Shown here: piece by piece, positions 1-11,313 of the stretch
Layout: the number at the start of each line of letters is the position of its first letter
Position numbering within the stretch: the first letter of the stretch is position 1
NCBI GenBank assembly: GCA_051453625.1
Contig: JBOZIK010000001.1
Location: 37,849,068-37,888,297, forward strand
DNA: 39,230 nt
Direction of reading: 5' to 3'
Origin: Welwitschia mirabilis
Taxonomy: Eukaryota
Made by a program: the position numbers and the translations under genes
Notes under the pieces: model-generated
Databases searched by the model: none
Told to the model about the DNA's origin: nothing
Seen by the model: the letters and a program-made list of their open reading frames with translations, nothing else

Positions 1-351
1 TATGGATCTAATAATTTTCTAGTTTCTTGTTATTTATCCATAATTTTTTCTAGAGGATTTTTATTTTCTTTTTAACAAGTTTCCATGATTTGATGAGTTC
101 TATTTTTCCATGCATCAGGCCCATTTGAGAAGTCTTTGAGCATTGTTTCTTCCCATTTAGTGCATTTTCTTCTGCTATCACATTTCTCTTCTTCACCATG
201 AGGTGCTTTTTTAGGATGTTTCTTTGCTTCTTCCCTGTTTGCTATCTTCTTTTTGTTGTTTTTCTAAATTTATAGTTTTTTAAGTTTTTCTAGTTTTTCT
301 TTCCTCTCTAAACAGCTGATTTGATAATTATTATCCCACACCTGTCATCTA
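1..351 (+). mobile_element. Fragment of Athila-like 3' non-coding region (diverged copy of 1538-1881)
   Basis: Colinear with 1538-1881 (shared gtctttgagca, cttcttcaccatgagg, ttcctctctaaa.agctgatttgat); ends at a 100-N gap. Confidence 0.75.
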
Positions 352-451
352 NNNNNNNNNNNNNNNNNNNNNNNNNNNNNNNNNNNNNNNNNNNNNNNNN
401 NNNNNNNNNNNNNNNNNNNNNNNNNNNNNNNNNNNNNNNNNNNNNNNNNNN

Positions 452-567
452 ATAGAAAAAGTTTAAAACTTTATAAGTCATCTCTTGATGAAATCTTAAA
501 CATAATAGAAGCACTTATTTTGGAAGCCCCTCTTCATAAGGAGGATCTTTTTTTTGCCATTATCTAA
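452..567 (+). pseudogene. C-terminal tail of gypsy pol (integrase end)
   Basis: Translates approximately KLYKSSLDEILNIIEALILEAPLHKEDLFFAII*, homologous to KIYEKPFDTTLNMIEAIVLEVFLNRKDFLPTII* of ORF 18794-19009. Confidence 0.8.
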
Positions 568-2560
568 AATTTTTCTTAACTTATTCCTTCGGTAAACATC
601 ATGTTATTATTTAAATATCTTTAACTTGACATATGTATTTACTTATAAAGTTTCCATGATTGGTAATATTTTACTTGGGCATTTTCAATGATAAAATTAG
701 CTTCATCCAATTTTAGACCTTTGTATGTCTATGAACTTCATTTTAGAAGGAAGAGGCCTTGGTTCTTTTATTCTCTATCAATGATGTAAGTAAATTAGTT
801 GTTTTTGTATGATCTTACTTTGTTACTCATATCATTTCTTAACTTTTATCCTTACAAGTATTTGGACATTTGGAATGATACTTAAAAAACATGCTCTTTC
901 ATGTTATATCTCTAAAACATGGTAATCATGATGTCCTACTGTAAGTTCCCTAAGGCAAATATTCTCAAGAGGGACCTTTGGTAATGTGATATGATAGCTA
1001 TGGGAACTCCACTAGGTGGTCAATTGGCCATGCTGTGCAGGTTCTTACTCCTCTAATAGTGGTTGCACTCCTCTCATTATGGAAAAATAAATTGCATTTC
1101 GAGGCTACGAGATCAGTGGTGTCCCTGATATCATTAGAGGTATTGCTTACTTTTTAGACTTATTTTTCTTTATTTATTTTTAGTACTTCCACATGATCAC
1201 TCTACTTTTTGAATTCTAATGATTGTCTTGATATGGTATATTGTAAGTTCTTATTTTAAAATAGCTTTTGATCTGATCATTCATTATTTGATAACATTTG
1301 CATACTTGCCATTATCATAATAATTGCCTATTTGAGTGGAAATTCATGAATTTTTATATTATGTTATGCATAATTATCAAGTGACTTTATGATTATTTCT
1401 AAGGGAATTTGTTAGGTTAGCATTTAGGGTAAGTAAGCAATCTTCTTCATGTTTCTATGTTCATTTTCATTTTTGTTTTTCTCTAGTTGTTTTGTTGGAT
1501 TTTCAAAGTCATTCTTCATACATTTTCAACATCATATTATGGATAATCATTTTCTAGTTCCTTATCCTATTTTTTTTTAGAGGCTTTTTGTTTTCTTTCT
1601 GATAGGTTTTCATGATTTAATGAGCTCTAGTTTCCATGTGTTTGGGCATATTTGAGGAGTCTTTGAGCACTTTTTCTTTCCATTTAGTGCTTTTTCTTAT
1701 ACTATTACTTTTTCCTTCTTCACCATGAGGTTGCTTTTCAAGATTTTCCTTTGATTTTTCCCTATTTTCTATCTTTTTTCTGTTCTTTTTCTAAATTTCT
1801 GGTTTTCTACATTTTTTTTCTAGTTTTACCTTCCTCTCTAAATAGCTGATTTGATGATTGTCATCCCATACCTATCATCTCCATGATAGAGGAAACGATA
1901 GTCCTCCTATATGCTTGGTGTAATTCGAGATGTCTTACTTCTTTTGTGGTGGGGAAAGGGGTAGGCACCTTTCTAGGTATTATTCTATATGTATCAGCAT
2001 AAATTTTTCAATTTCTAAGCTTTCATAATCTAACTTTATGATGGGTTATTTGGATGAGTTTTTCATGTTATTTGAATAATTTTTTGAATAATTCATGAAC
2101 TTTATCTTATAGAATCCAGTAGCACACTCATAAGTTTTTCCATAGCCATGTTTTCAGATCATCTAAAATGTGCTATATATAATTTTATCCTTTGCCTTTT
2201 TGATGACATTAATGAATTTGGAGACATCATTTTCTAGAAAATAGCATTACTTAAGCATGTCATAATAGTCCATTATTACTGTTTCTGTAATATGCATACA
2301 AAGTTTCATTTCATGAGCCATTAGAATTACATTTTTATGATTTTTGCATGTGTATAGAATTCATTTATTTTATAGTGACATGCTTAAGTAGGGGGCTTAG
2401 GATAATTATTTAGCATTTATATCAATTACCTATTTATGATATCATTTTTTCACATGATTTAATGGAACTTAATTTACCTCCTATTTAACCACTATTTTAT
2501 GTTAGTTGAATTGGCTTACAATCTAGTTAATTACTTAATTTGTTAGAAACTGATAAGGCT

Positions 2561-2573
2561 AAGTAGGAGGTTA
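2561..2573 (+). other. Polypurine tract of element A
   Basis: aagtaggaggtta directly precedes TGTTG; it matches the AAGTGGGGGGCTA PPT of element D (24404-24416, minus). Confidence 0.75.
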
Positions 2574-3922
2574 TGTTGAAATGATAATTTGTATGAATTT
2601 CATGATGTATTTTGAGTACTTTTGTAGGACATTCACATAGTTTTTGATGCAATACTGGTGATTATGAAGATCTGATAGGATGATTAGTAAAACATGTAAT
2701 CCTTAGTATTTTTGATAGCTTCTCAGGCCTATTCTAATACTACATATTTGAAATAAGAAATTCATGATGCAAAAATATTGACTTACCTTTGAGATTAGAG
2801 AAAAGGGAGACCACCATCCCTTGTGTCATTCCCACGACAGGAAGGATGATGATAATAATAACAAACAGAGGTTGCAGGGCTGACAGCAATACATGGAGCA
2901 CATGAAGACATGTGGCACATGGAATTATCTCATATGTAAGACAAAAACACTACTAATATGGATAGAAGCTGTAGGGCTGATAGTGGGACATGGATACATG
3001 TGGCACATGGTGACGTCCCCTATGTCATCCCAACAATAGGCGGGACGATAGCTGTTTTTGCATGTTTAGAAGAAATACATTTATAAATGGGGTTAAGTGA
3101 TCCATATGGGTTGTTAGGGTTTTGTTTCTAGTCTTTAGTATTTTTCATTTTAGAACCTTAAATGTAAAACTATAAATACCCTTCCCCTCCTTTATTTCTA
3201 GGCCATCTTTTGTACCTAATACTTGTGGTGGAGGATTGAAGGATAAGAGGTCCATCTAGAGCTACAGAGAGGAGTCTCCTTGGTGTTAGGCTAAGTCTAT
3301 TCCATTGAGGTGCTATTATTTTATTTGTAAGTGGATGTAATATTCTTGAATACTCTTTGAATCAATACAATTTCTCTATTCATTCCAATTCTATGAATGT
3401 CTCTTATGGTTTATTTGATCATATTTTATTGTGACAACTCTGTGATTTATCTAGATCATAAGGGTAACCTTTATTAAGGTTGACCTTGGTTAGTAGTAGA
3501 TTTGCTATTCTGTTTCAATTCCATATTACATATTGCATATTTTTACTTGGATAGATCTCATAGTTTTTATTGGTTAAGAACTAGTAGGATGTTCTTCTTA
3601 ATTAATATAAGTTATAAAGAAGGTAGTCTTTGTGACAGAAGGACTAAGATCTAAATAGAATCCATTTCTATTTCTATTCATTACATTTCATATTCATTCA
3701 TCTTGCATTGCATTTACTTTATTATTTAATTTTAGTTATTAAAATATAAAAGACTAAAAAATATCTTTGAAAATTAATTCTTTAACTCTAAGCCTAGTAC
3801 CTTCGTTGGGATTACAACATTTGGATGAACTCTCGTCTATACTTGCATGTGTTTTTCTAAAATTTAGTTGATTTAAAAGTTTATCTACAGAGCTTCAAGA
3901 TTAATAATTTCACACAGCAACA
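2574..3922 (+). repeat. 3' LTR of element A (~1.35 kb)
   Basis: Starts TGTTG after the PPT and ends cacacagCAACA; TATAAATA at 3171; homologous to LTRs 21498-22748, 6317-7586 (minus) and 39077-39230 (minus). Confidence 0.85.
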
Positions 3923-6316
3923 AACCAAAACTAAACTTTATACTCAAATTTTATGATGAAAATTTTTAAGTCTTTTGAGGACATAAGCCTTAGAATGAAT
4001 TGTGAAGAGTTCTTTTGTTAAAAACCATTCAACTAAGATAATCACTAACTGTAGTGCAAAGCTTAAAAAAAAGAAAAAAATATCTATAGTAAAAAATCGC
4101 TTAAGTTAAATGTTGATTAATAAAAATGGTTTATACCTTAGAAATTATTTCTCATAAAAATGGTTATGAAGTGAAGTGGAGTGAAATGAACATGATAAAT
4201 GTATCAAATGAACTAAACCATAATCAATTAATAAATGAGTAAACTATCCTAGGTTATCAATCCTTTATTATATTTTTGTATTTTTAGTGGATCACAATAT
4301 TAACCAAGTGAATTTTTAATCAAGTAACTTATATGAATTTAAGAAATTTATGCAAATCCCAAGTATGAAAGTTAAGAGGCAACAATTCACATAAAGTCTC
4401 TGATTCTAACCTTTGTTATTATTTTTTATTTCTACTTTTACATATGTTCTTAGTATTAGATCTTTAAATCACATTAAGCATTCATTATTATGAAATTTTA
4501 TGCCAATAGTATTAAGCATGTTGTAGTTGTAAAAATTAGTGTTGCATTTCCAATAAGCATTTATAGCCTCGATGTAGTTAAGCATGTTACAATTAAATCA
4601 TTAGAGATACATTATTAACAAGCATCCATAGCCTTAATGTAGTTAATTAAATCCAACTAACTCATTAATATTATGTGCTCTTAGAGAAGATGCATATTAT
4701 TTTTATTTCTTTATCTTTTCATAGTTATTTTTATGCACTTTAGAGGCCATTTGCTTATTAGTCTAGTTAAGACAAATATTGTTCCCATTAAAGGTTTTAT
4801 ACTTAAGTAATACATGCAAAGGAAAATTCCACCTTTTCAACCAAGTTTTACCAAATTCAAAGACCCTAAATAAATTTGTTCTTAACCAATGAACTTAAAA
4901 TAAGTGTAATTTTCCTTAAAAACCCACAAGTAAAGTTGATCTTAACCATTACTTAGGTTATAATGTGATTACTTGTTATTGATTTTTGATTAAAGGCATT
5001 TAATCTAGAAAAATAAGCCTTATAAATTCATAGATTGATGGCTTAATTAAATGATTTATGGATTGGATGAAATGATTTAAAAATAAGTTAGGTGTTAATG
5101 AATGGTAGAGTGGATGATGATGATGTAATGAGGTTTTCATGAGAAATTCATCCTTAGGGAAAAGTTGGTTTTGGGAATGACTTATTTTAGAAGATTCAAA
5201 AGGATTATAACTATCAACTTCATGGTTAGATAATAAATAATCAAAAGATAGTAAAGACTAGAAAATATTTATCATGGGAGGAGAACATTCAAAGTTACAA
5301 GTTTTATTAATCCAATTAGCCTCTTCAAGATTACCTAGTAATTTATTACATTGAAAATATTTAAGGTCATGTTATCAAAGGAGATATTCATTTAAGCATT
5401 TATATAATTTATTAAGACATTTGAAGTTGCAAGAAAAGATCTTCCTAAAATAATGATCACTAAATTATATTTTATTACATCCATCTCTCAAACTATAAAG
5501 TCAGCTAGGAAATAGCAGTTATTAACTTTAACTATTATGTCTTTAACTATTTCTAAGGATGACTTGATGGAATTATCTACCAACTATAATTGGATTACAG
5601 TGTGTTTTAGATCATTCAAGTCAAGTTCTTTGTAAATATAATGGGGTAAAATGTTAACACTTGCTCCCAAGTCTAACAAGGCTTACTTAATGTTTTTGTC
5701 TCTAATCGTAATACCTATTATGAGGCAACCTGGATTCTTGTACTTAGGCGAAAACTAGTTTTGGATGTTGCACTAGTTTGGTGGGCTAAGAAGGCTTTGT
5801 TCTTAACATTCATGCATATTTTAATCATGCACATGTCCTTAAGGAATTTCGCATAGTAAGGCATATTCTTAATTGATTCTAAGAGAGACATGTTGATCTT
5901 AACTTTTTTGAAAATTTTCAAGACCTCTAATTTTTATTTTTTGATGTTCTACTTTATAAGAAATTGGGAAAATGGTAATATCATTTTGTATGTGGATAAA
6001 GAATATTTTATGTCTATAACCTTTTCATTATTCAAATCTTAAGGGAAACGTAAAGGTTCTTAATAAGGAGTTATGCCTTTTTCTTTTACTTTTCCCTTAT
6101 CTTTAAATTTACTCTATGTTAATACTTACTTAGTTTCTGTCCCACTTTAATTTCATTGGGATTTAGTTAAGCACTCATTAAAAGTTTTCCTATTTTCATT
6201 TGGTTTATTAATGAAAGAATACGAGTGGTGGTTTGTTGTAATTGGTGTAAACTCTATTTAAGTCTTTGATTTGTTTATTCTTATGATTCTATGAACATTT
6301 TAAAGATTTACTTCAA
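3923..6316 (-). mobile_element. Element C: older Athila-like remnant from a different subfamily, bounded by A and B
   Basis: Decayed gag-protease at ~5300-6316 followed by non-coding sequence; both ends abut LTR termini of other elements. Confidence 0.7.
5300..6316 (-). pseudogene. Gag C-terminus plus aspartic protease, Athila-type, frameshifted with stops
   Basis: ORF 5718-5921 KKVKINMSLLESIKNMPYYAKFLKDMC; another frame gives KYKNPGC...ALLDLGASVNILPH...YFLADFIVL...ILGRSFLATSN. Confidence 0.88.
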
Positions 6317-7586
6317 TGTTGCAGTGTATATTTATACAAACATTGCATCCTTAAATAAATTTTGAAAATTACAAAACAAATATATTACACAATGTAATAT
6401 ACTAATATAGATGTAAGTGACCCAATATCAAAGACACAAGAGAGAAGAAAGAGAATTAATTTCAAAAATGAAACACTTATGTAACCTTAAAGTAGAATAA
6501 TAATAATGCAAAATAATGATGTAAATCAACACAGTATGTAAGTGAGATGCAAGTTATATTCTAAATACAACATCTATTTAATTACCAAATCAACCTGTTA
6601 TAGAGATCAACCTTGTATAACCTAAATTAATGAAGGAAAACCATTACTAGATCAAAACCAATCTAAGCTATCAGGTACATCGAACAAAATATGAAAATCA
6701 TGTAAAGTTAACTTAGAAAAGAAAATGCTATGCACTTAAACTAATAATGTCAACCTTAACAAAGGTTACACTTGTGATATCTATCATAAATGAAGCTATC
6801 ATAGAATCACAAGCAACATAAATCATAAGAAAGATGCATATAACAAAAGATATAAAAAGAAAAATAGAGTTCTGATTAAGTTAAATCAAACATCTATGTT
6901 ACAAAGCAGTAGCACATTAATGAAGGATTCACAGCCTAATACCAAGGAAGATGTATCTTTGTAATAATAATGAATGAATCTCATACTGTTTAATCTCTTA
7001 TCACAAGAATTTATAGTGTCAAAGAAGATGAAAATTAAGTTGAGGATGGAGGAGGTAGAGGATGGAGGAGGTCGTTATTATAAAATAGACTCTAAAATGA
7101 GCAAATATAATAGACATGCTAACAATCCTAATATTCGTGCAAGGAGGTGAAAGACATATGTCTAGAGTTTAGTGAAGTTTGATAAAGCATTATTTTTAGG
7201 TGTTGCCCTACTAGTCATCCAAACATCATAGGAGATAATGCCACATCATACAAGTCCCACATCAGTTGTTAGATTTATCCAGTAAGTCTCCTTCTTAGAT
7301 TTAGTACTTTTATCATCCATAGAGTCATCTAAAAGATGAGATGTACAATAGGATTTTATAAAGAATTCTTTGTATTGAATTGACCTCTTTGATTGCAGGA
7401 TTATTACTTCAGATGAAAAGTACTTGTAATTTGCATTAAATGTTGTCAAATGTTATGAAGATTGCATGTTTTTGTAATATTTTCCTTATCTCTCCATTAT
7501 CACTGAAACTTAGCATAAACCTATCTAATGTCCTATAAGACTACTCAAAATACCCTATTAAATACATACAATTTGGTAGCACAACA
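6317..7586 (-). repeat. 3' LTR of element B
   Basis: TGTTG at 6317 and CAACA at 7582-7586, followed by PPT complement tagcccctaactta; its reverse complement aligns with the 21498 LTR (tgttgtgctaccaaattgtatgtattt vs tattgtgttgtcaacttacatatattt). Confidence 0.85.
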
Positions 7587-8129
7587 TAGCCCCTAACTTA
7601 GCCTTGTTAGTTCTTGATAAAACCAAGCGAACAATCATGATTGAGATCCAAATTGACTGATAATAAATTAATTAGAGGACTATATAATAAACTTAAAATT
7701 AATCTCAGAAATCTCAAAGTGTAAAACAAAAATGTCAAAAGCAGATAACTAAACATTTCACCTATGTAGTGTTAGTGGCCATACTATCATCCTAGTGGTC
7801 ATCCAGATGATGAAGGAGATGACAGGCTAAAAAATTGGTTTTGAAAAATAGAATCCTGAAATTTTTAGAAAGAAAACATTAAAATTCATCGATACTTATA
7901 GTACCCCACTGAAATGTATTGTAGATACTAAAAAATAAATGTATGTAGCATGAATAATCCTCATCATTAAGTATAAAAAATGATACATAAAAATATGCAT
8001 CATATCCAGTAATAAAAATGGACATCATGATGATACTAAAAAATGATATGTATATGTAAATCATGAGTTTTATATAATCCACAGAGGAAAATATACATAA
8101 TAGATCATAATAAAATCACTTCCCTTGTC

Positions 8130-9124
8130 TAATCATGATGAACTCCTGATGTGCCATAGTTTCAAGTGCAGGTGGAGAAGAAGGAGGATGCTTAAGATCT
8201 TTAGGAAAACAGTGGTCAAATGATGTCATGATCATGCACGTTATCTCATTTCTTTACACTCTAACTATCTCTGAGAGGTCTACCATTACACTATGCTCAA
8301 TCCTTAAGATGTGCTATCGCATATCAACTAGTTACTCCTCGGTCCATTGTACTCTCCTCTCAACTATTAAGATCCTTTATGTAAGTGTAGAGATGCCTTA
8401 GTCTACTATCTCTTTAATGGTCTATGTAGTATTTGCCGAGAGAGCCTAAATCTACTTCATAATAATGCTGACCACAAGCCTCTATACCTAATGTTTCATT
8501 ACCTCTTCTGGTATTTAGATGCTCATATCCTGTAGGTAATGAGTTTAAGTCTAGATATGTGTAAGTCTCTGATTATCCATAGGCTCGGGTATGCTAAAGC
8601 ATATAAACATGTCTAAGAGGAGGCATGGAAATCCCAAAGTCTAAAGTTATCATGCCTTAATTATGCTCTTGAGTCTCGTTCAAATAAAGGTTAGTACATC
8701 CATTTGCTTCCCTTACCTAAACACTGTTAATATTTAGAGATGTACAACCATCATGTTATTATCATGGAATGATGGGCTGATGTTGTGAATTATTCCTATG
8801 TATAAAATCTAATAGGTAGGTGATAATAGTGTAACCAAAAATCCCTACTTATTCGAAGTCAAGTCAGCTAAAATATCTAATGTCATACCACAAGCATGAC
8901 ACTCCTCTATTCCACTAGTTGAATAAATATGTATACTTCTAATACCACCTAGATTAATAACTATAGCAATGTGATTCAAGAGAATTATGATATCATGGCA
9001 CTGAATGGTATCTATGATCATGTCAACAAGATAATCATAAGCATTAGGACACTGCTCTATATGAATAGTATCATAAAGCTCCCTGATCTCCAACACATAG
9101 TATACCCCTTGTCTGTTTATAATC
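8130..9124 (-). pseudogene. Athila extra (env-like) ORF of element B, 3' part
   Basis: ORF 8845-9096 LEIRELYDTIHIEQCPNAYDYLVDMII is homologous to MREFYYTMHIEHRPDTHGHLVNMII at 38991 (plus); it lies between pol and PPT. The left limit is approximate. Confidence 0.7.
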
Positions 9125-9443
9125 TAATAGGATTGAGAATCCTAAAGGGGAAGGGGATAAATAGGTTTTTTCAAAAACTTAGACTCAAAAGAAATTAGAG
9201 TTATCTAATCACCATTTACATGTAATAGTAACGAAATTAAGAATGTACATATAAGAAATAGAAACTAAATGTAAAAAATTAAAAGATAGAAACTCATAAA
9301 CTATTAAATTAGATACACGTAGGATTTATAGTGGTTCGGAAACTTCCCTACTCCACTCTCAATGATCAGCTTCTCCCAAGCTTGATCTTCGATCTCTGTT
9401 ACTCCATAGGTTTTGCCAAGTTCACTTGTAACCCTTACAAGTA

Positions 9444-9540
9444 GACTTTTATAGGCTAAGTCTCAACCTTAACATTGGACTTTTGTAGGCTAAGTCTTAG
9501 CCTTTAATAATGGACTTTTGTAGGCTAAGTCTAAATCTCT
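9444..9540. repeat. Three ~34-bp tandem repeats in the SIRE LTR (also 15335-15432)
   Basis: gactttt(a/g)taggctaagtct occurs three times. Confidence 0.85.
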
Positions 9541-9939
9541 AAAATCAATAGAAATAATGCAATGCAACCTTCATAGCTCAAATATCACACATTTAGTATC
9601 AGTACAATGAATGAAGCTCTTCTCTAATAGAATACAATGATGAAACCCTTAGATTTGATTTTGAGTGTAGTTCTTTTACCAAGGATAGATCTCCTTAATC
9701 AGATATGAAGCTATACAATGATGTGCCAATGAAAAAACAACTTAATCTTTTAGATCCATAATAAATATACCAATTTTGAATAACGCTAAAAGTTCTCTAG
9801 GTTATCTATTGCCTAGCTATTTATAATGGAGGTTTAATAAGGTTTGTTACAAATGAATTACACCTCCAATAGCTATAAATGGCTAGAAAATGGCTAGGTA
9901 ATGAATAGATAACATTTATAACTTTTACTTTTCATCACC

Positions 9940-10300
9940 GTCTGGTTGACTTCATAAAAATCTGGTCGACCCCATGAGAACTTCGTTGACCCCATCCTGG
10001 GTCTAGTTGACTCCTTGCCTTTTAGTCTAAAATTATGGACTATCAGCTTCTCAGGTCCAGTCGACCCCATGAAAGTCTGATTGATCCCTTTCCTTTCAGT
10101 CTAAGACTATTGACTATTAGCTTCTCAGGTCTGGTTGAACCCATGAAAATTTGGTCGATCCTTTTCCTCTTAGTCTGGGACTCTTGAGATCACAGGTCAG
10201 TCGACCCCTTTAGAATCTAATTAACCCCTCTGAGTTTAGTTCATTTCTTTGTGACTGCTTCAGGTGTGGTTGACCCCTTTAGAATTTGGTTGACCCCCAC
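9940..10300. repeat. Cluster of about 12 GTCGAC-core repeated motifs in LTR U3 (also 15845-16210)
   Basis: tctggtcgacccc, tccagtcgacccc, gtcagtcgacccc and CpG-decayed variants, upstream of the TATA box on the minus strand; typical Sirevirus LTR repeated motifs. Confidence 0.85.
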
Positions 10301-10450
10301 TAAAGGTAAACATAATTGAATAGTTTTTCTAGTGTATTTTGGTCTAATTCTTTCACCTACAAAACTCAATCTCATCTGCACACAATATGTAACAATTTTC
10401 ACTACACTAGAGAAATTAGTTTGACATCAATTGGTAAATATAATTTAATA

Positions 10451-10770
10451 ATATCTGCCTTTGACATTGATGTCAAACAATTAATTGATTTCAAAAATCT
10501 GAAATAATTTAAGCTCATTCACTAAATACTTTACTTAAAAATATTTAAAAATCAAAACTCCCCCTTACATTAAGGCTAAGAAAAGAGTAAGATACAATCA
10601 TTTATTTTCCTTTAACTAAATACATAAACATTTAAAAGCTTAATATTTCAATATCTTCAAAAACACTTTTGAAAGAATAGTATCATTATCTCTCCCCCTT
10701 GACATCAATGAAAAATAGATATAAAATTTAGATAAACAGTTACAAATATCAATCATATTCTCTCTCCTCT
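10451..10770 (-). other. Multiple polypurine tract region of SIRE
   Basis: ctccccctt at 10558 and 10692, decayed copies at ~10453 (LTR-adjacent) and ~10762; multiple AGGGGGAG PPTs are a Sirevirus hallmark. Confidence 0.75.
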
Positions 10771-11313
10771 ATGTTGGTACTGAAAGATGAACAATGATAA
10801 GACAAAATTTTGAAACACATTTAGGCATTTTGAATAGACAAAAATTTTGTGCTTTAAATAAGATAAGTTTGGAATATGCACAAATTTAAGAAAAACACAA
10901 TTTTACTAAAAATAATAATTAGAAACACTTATGAATTACACATTTAAAAGATACCCTTTGAGAACATAATGCAATACTAAATGATAATGTAAAATATGAT
11001 CAGAAAAACACTCAATAATTTGATTTTCATAAAAATTTTAACTCATTTTCCATTGAGATAATAATTTTAATTCTTTTTCAAACCTGTTAAACTTAAAGAT
11101 ATGAAAATGATGCAAGAGTTATGCTTAAATATAAGAATGGATTTTATTAAGAAAACAAATCATTACAAAATTTCAAACTAAAAAAGAAAGAGAGAGGTGC
11201 TCATCAAGAGGATACATCTTGAAAAAATTTTTACTAACAGGCATAATCTCTCTTTTTAACAATAAAATCCAAAGATAGAACTACACGAGTATGATATAAA
11301 AGATAATAAAGAT

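Larger units (their letters stand above)
452..3922 (+). mobile_element. Element A: 3' half of a degenerate Ty3/gypsy Athila-like retrotransposon (integrase tail, 3' non-coding region, PPT, 3' LTR)
   Basis: Integrase tail at 452-567, conserved post-pol block at 650-1450 homologous to 36630-37450, PPT at 2561-2573 and LTR TGTTG...CAACA at 2574-3922. Confidence 0.85.
9125..10450 (-). repeat. SIRE 3' LTR
   Basis: Colinear with 14994-16361 at roughly 85% identity by eye; both terminal dinucleotides have decayed to TA. Confidence 0.92.

Noticed and set aside
9940..10300. Regularly spaced repeats resembling a CRISPR array
   Set aside because: The repeats are short and degenerate, spacers are related to each other, they lie within both LTRs of a plant copia element, and there are no cas genes.
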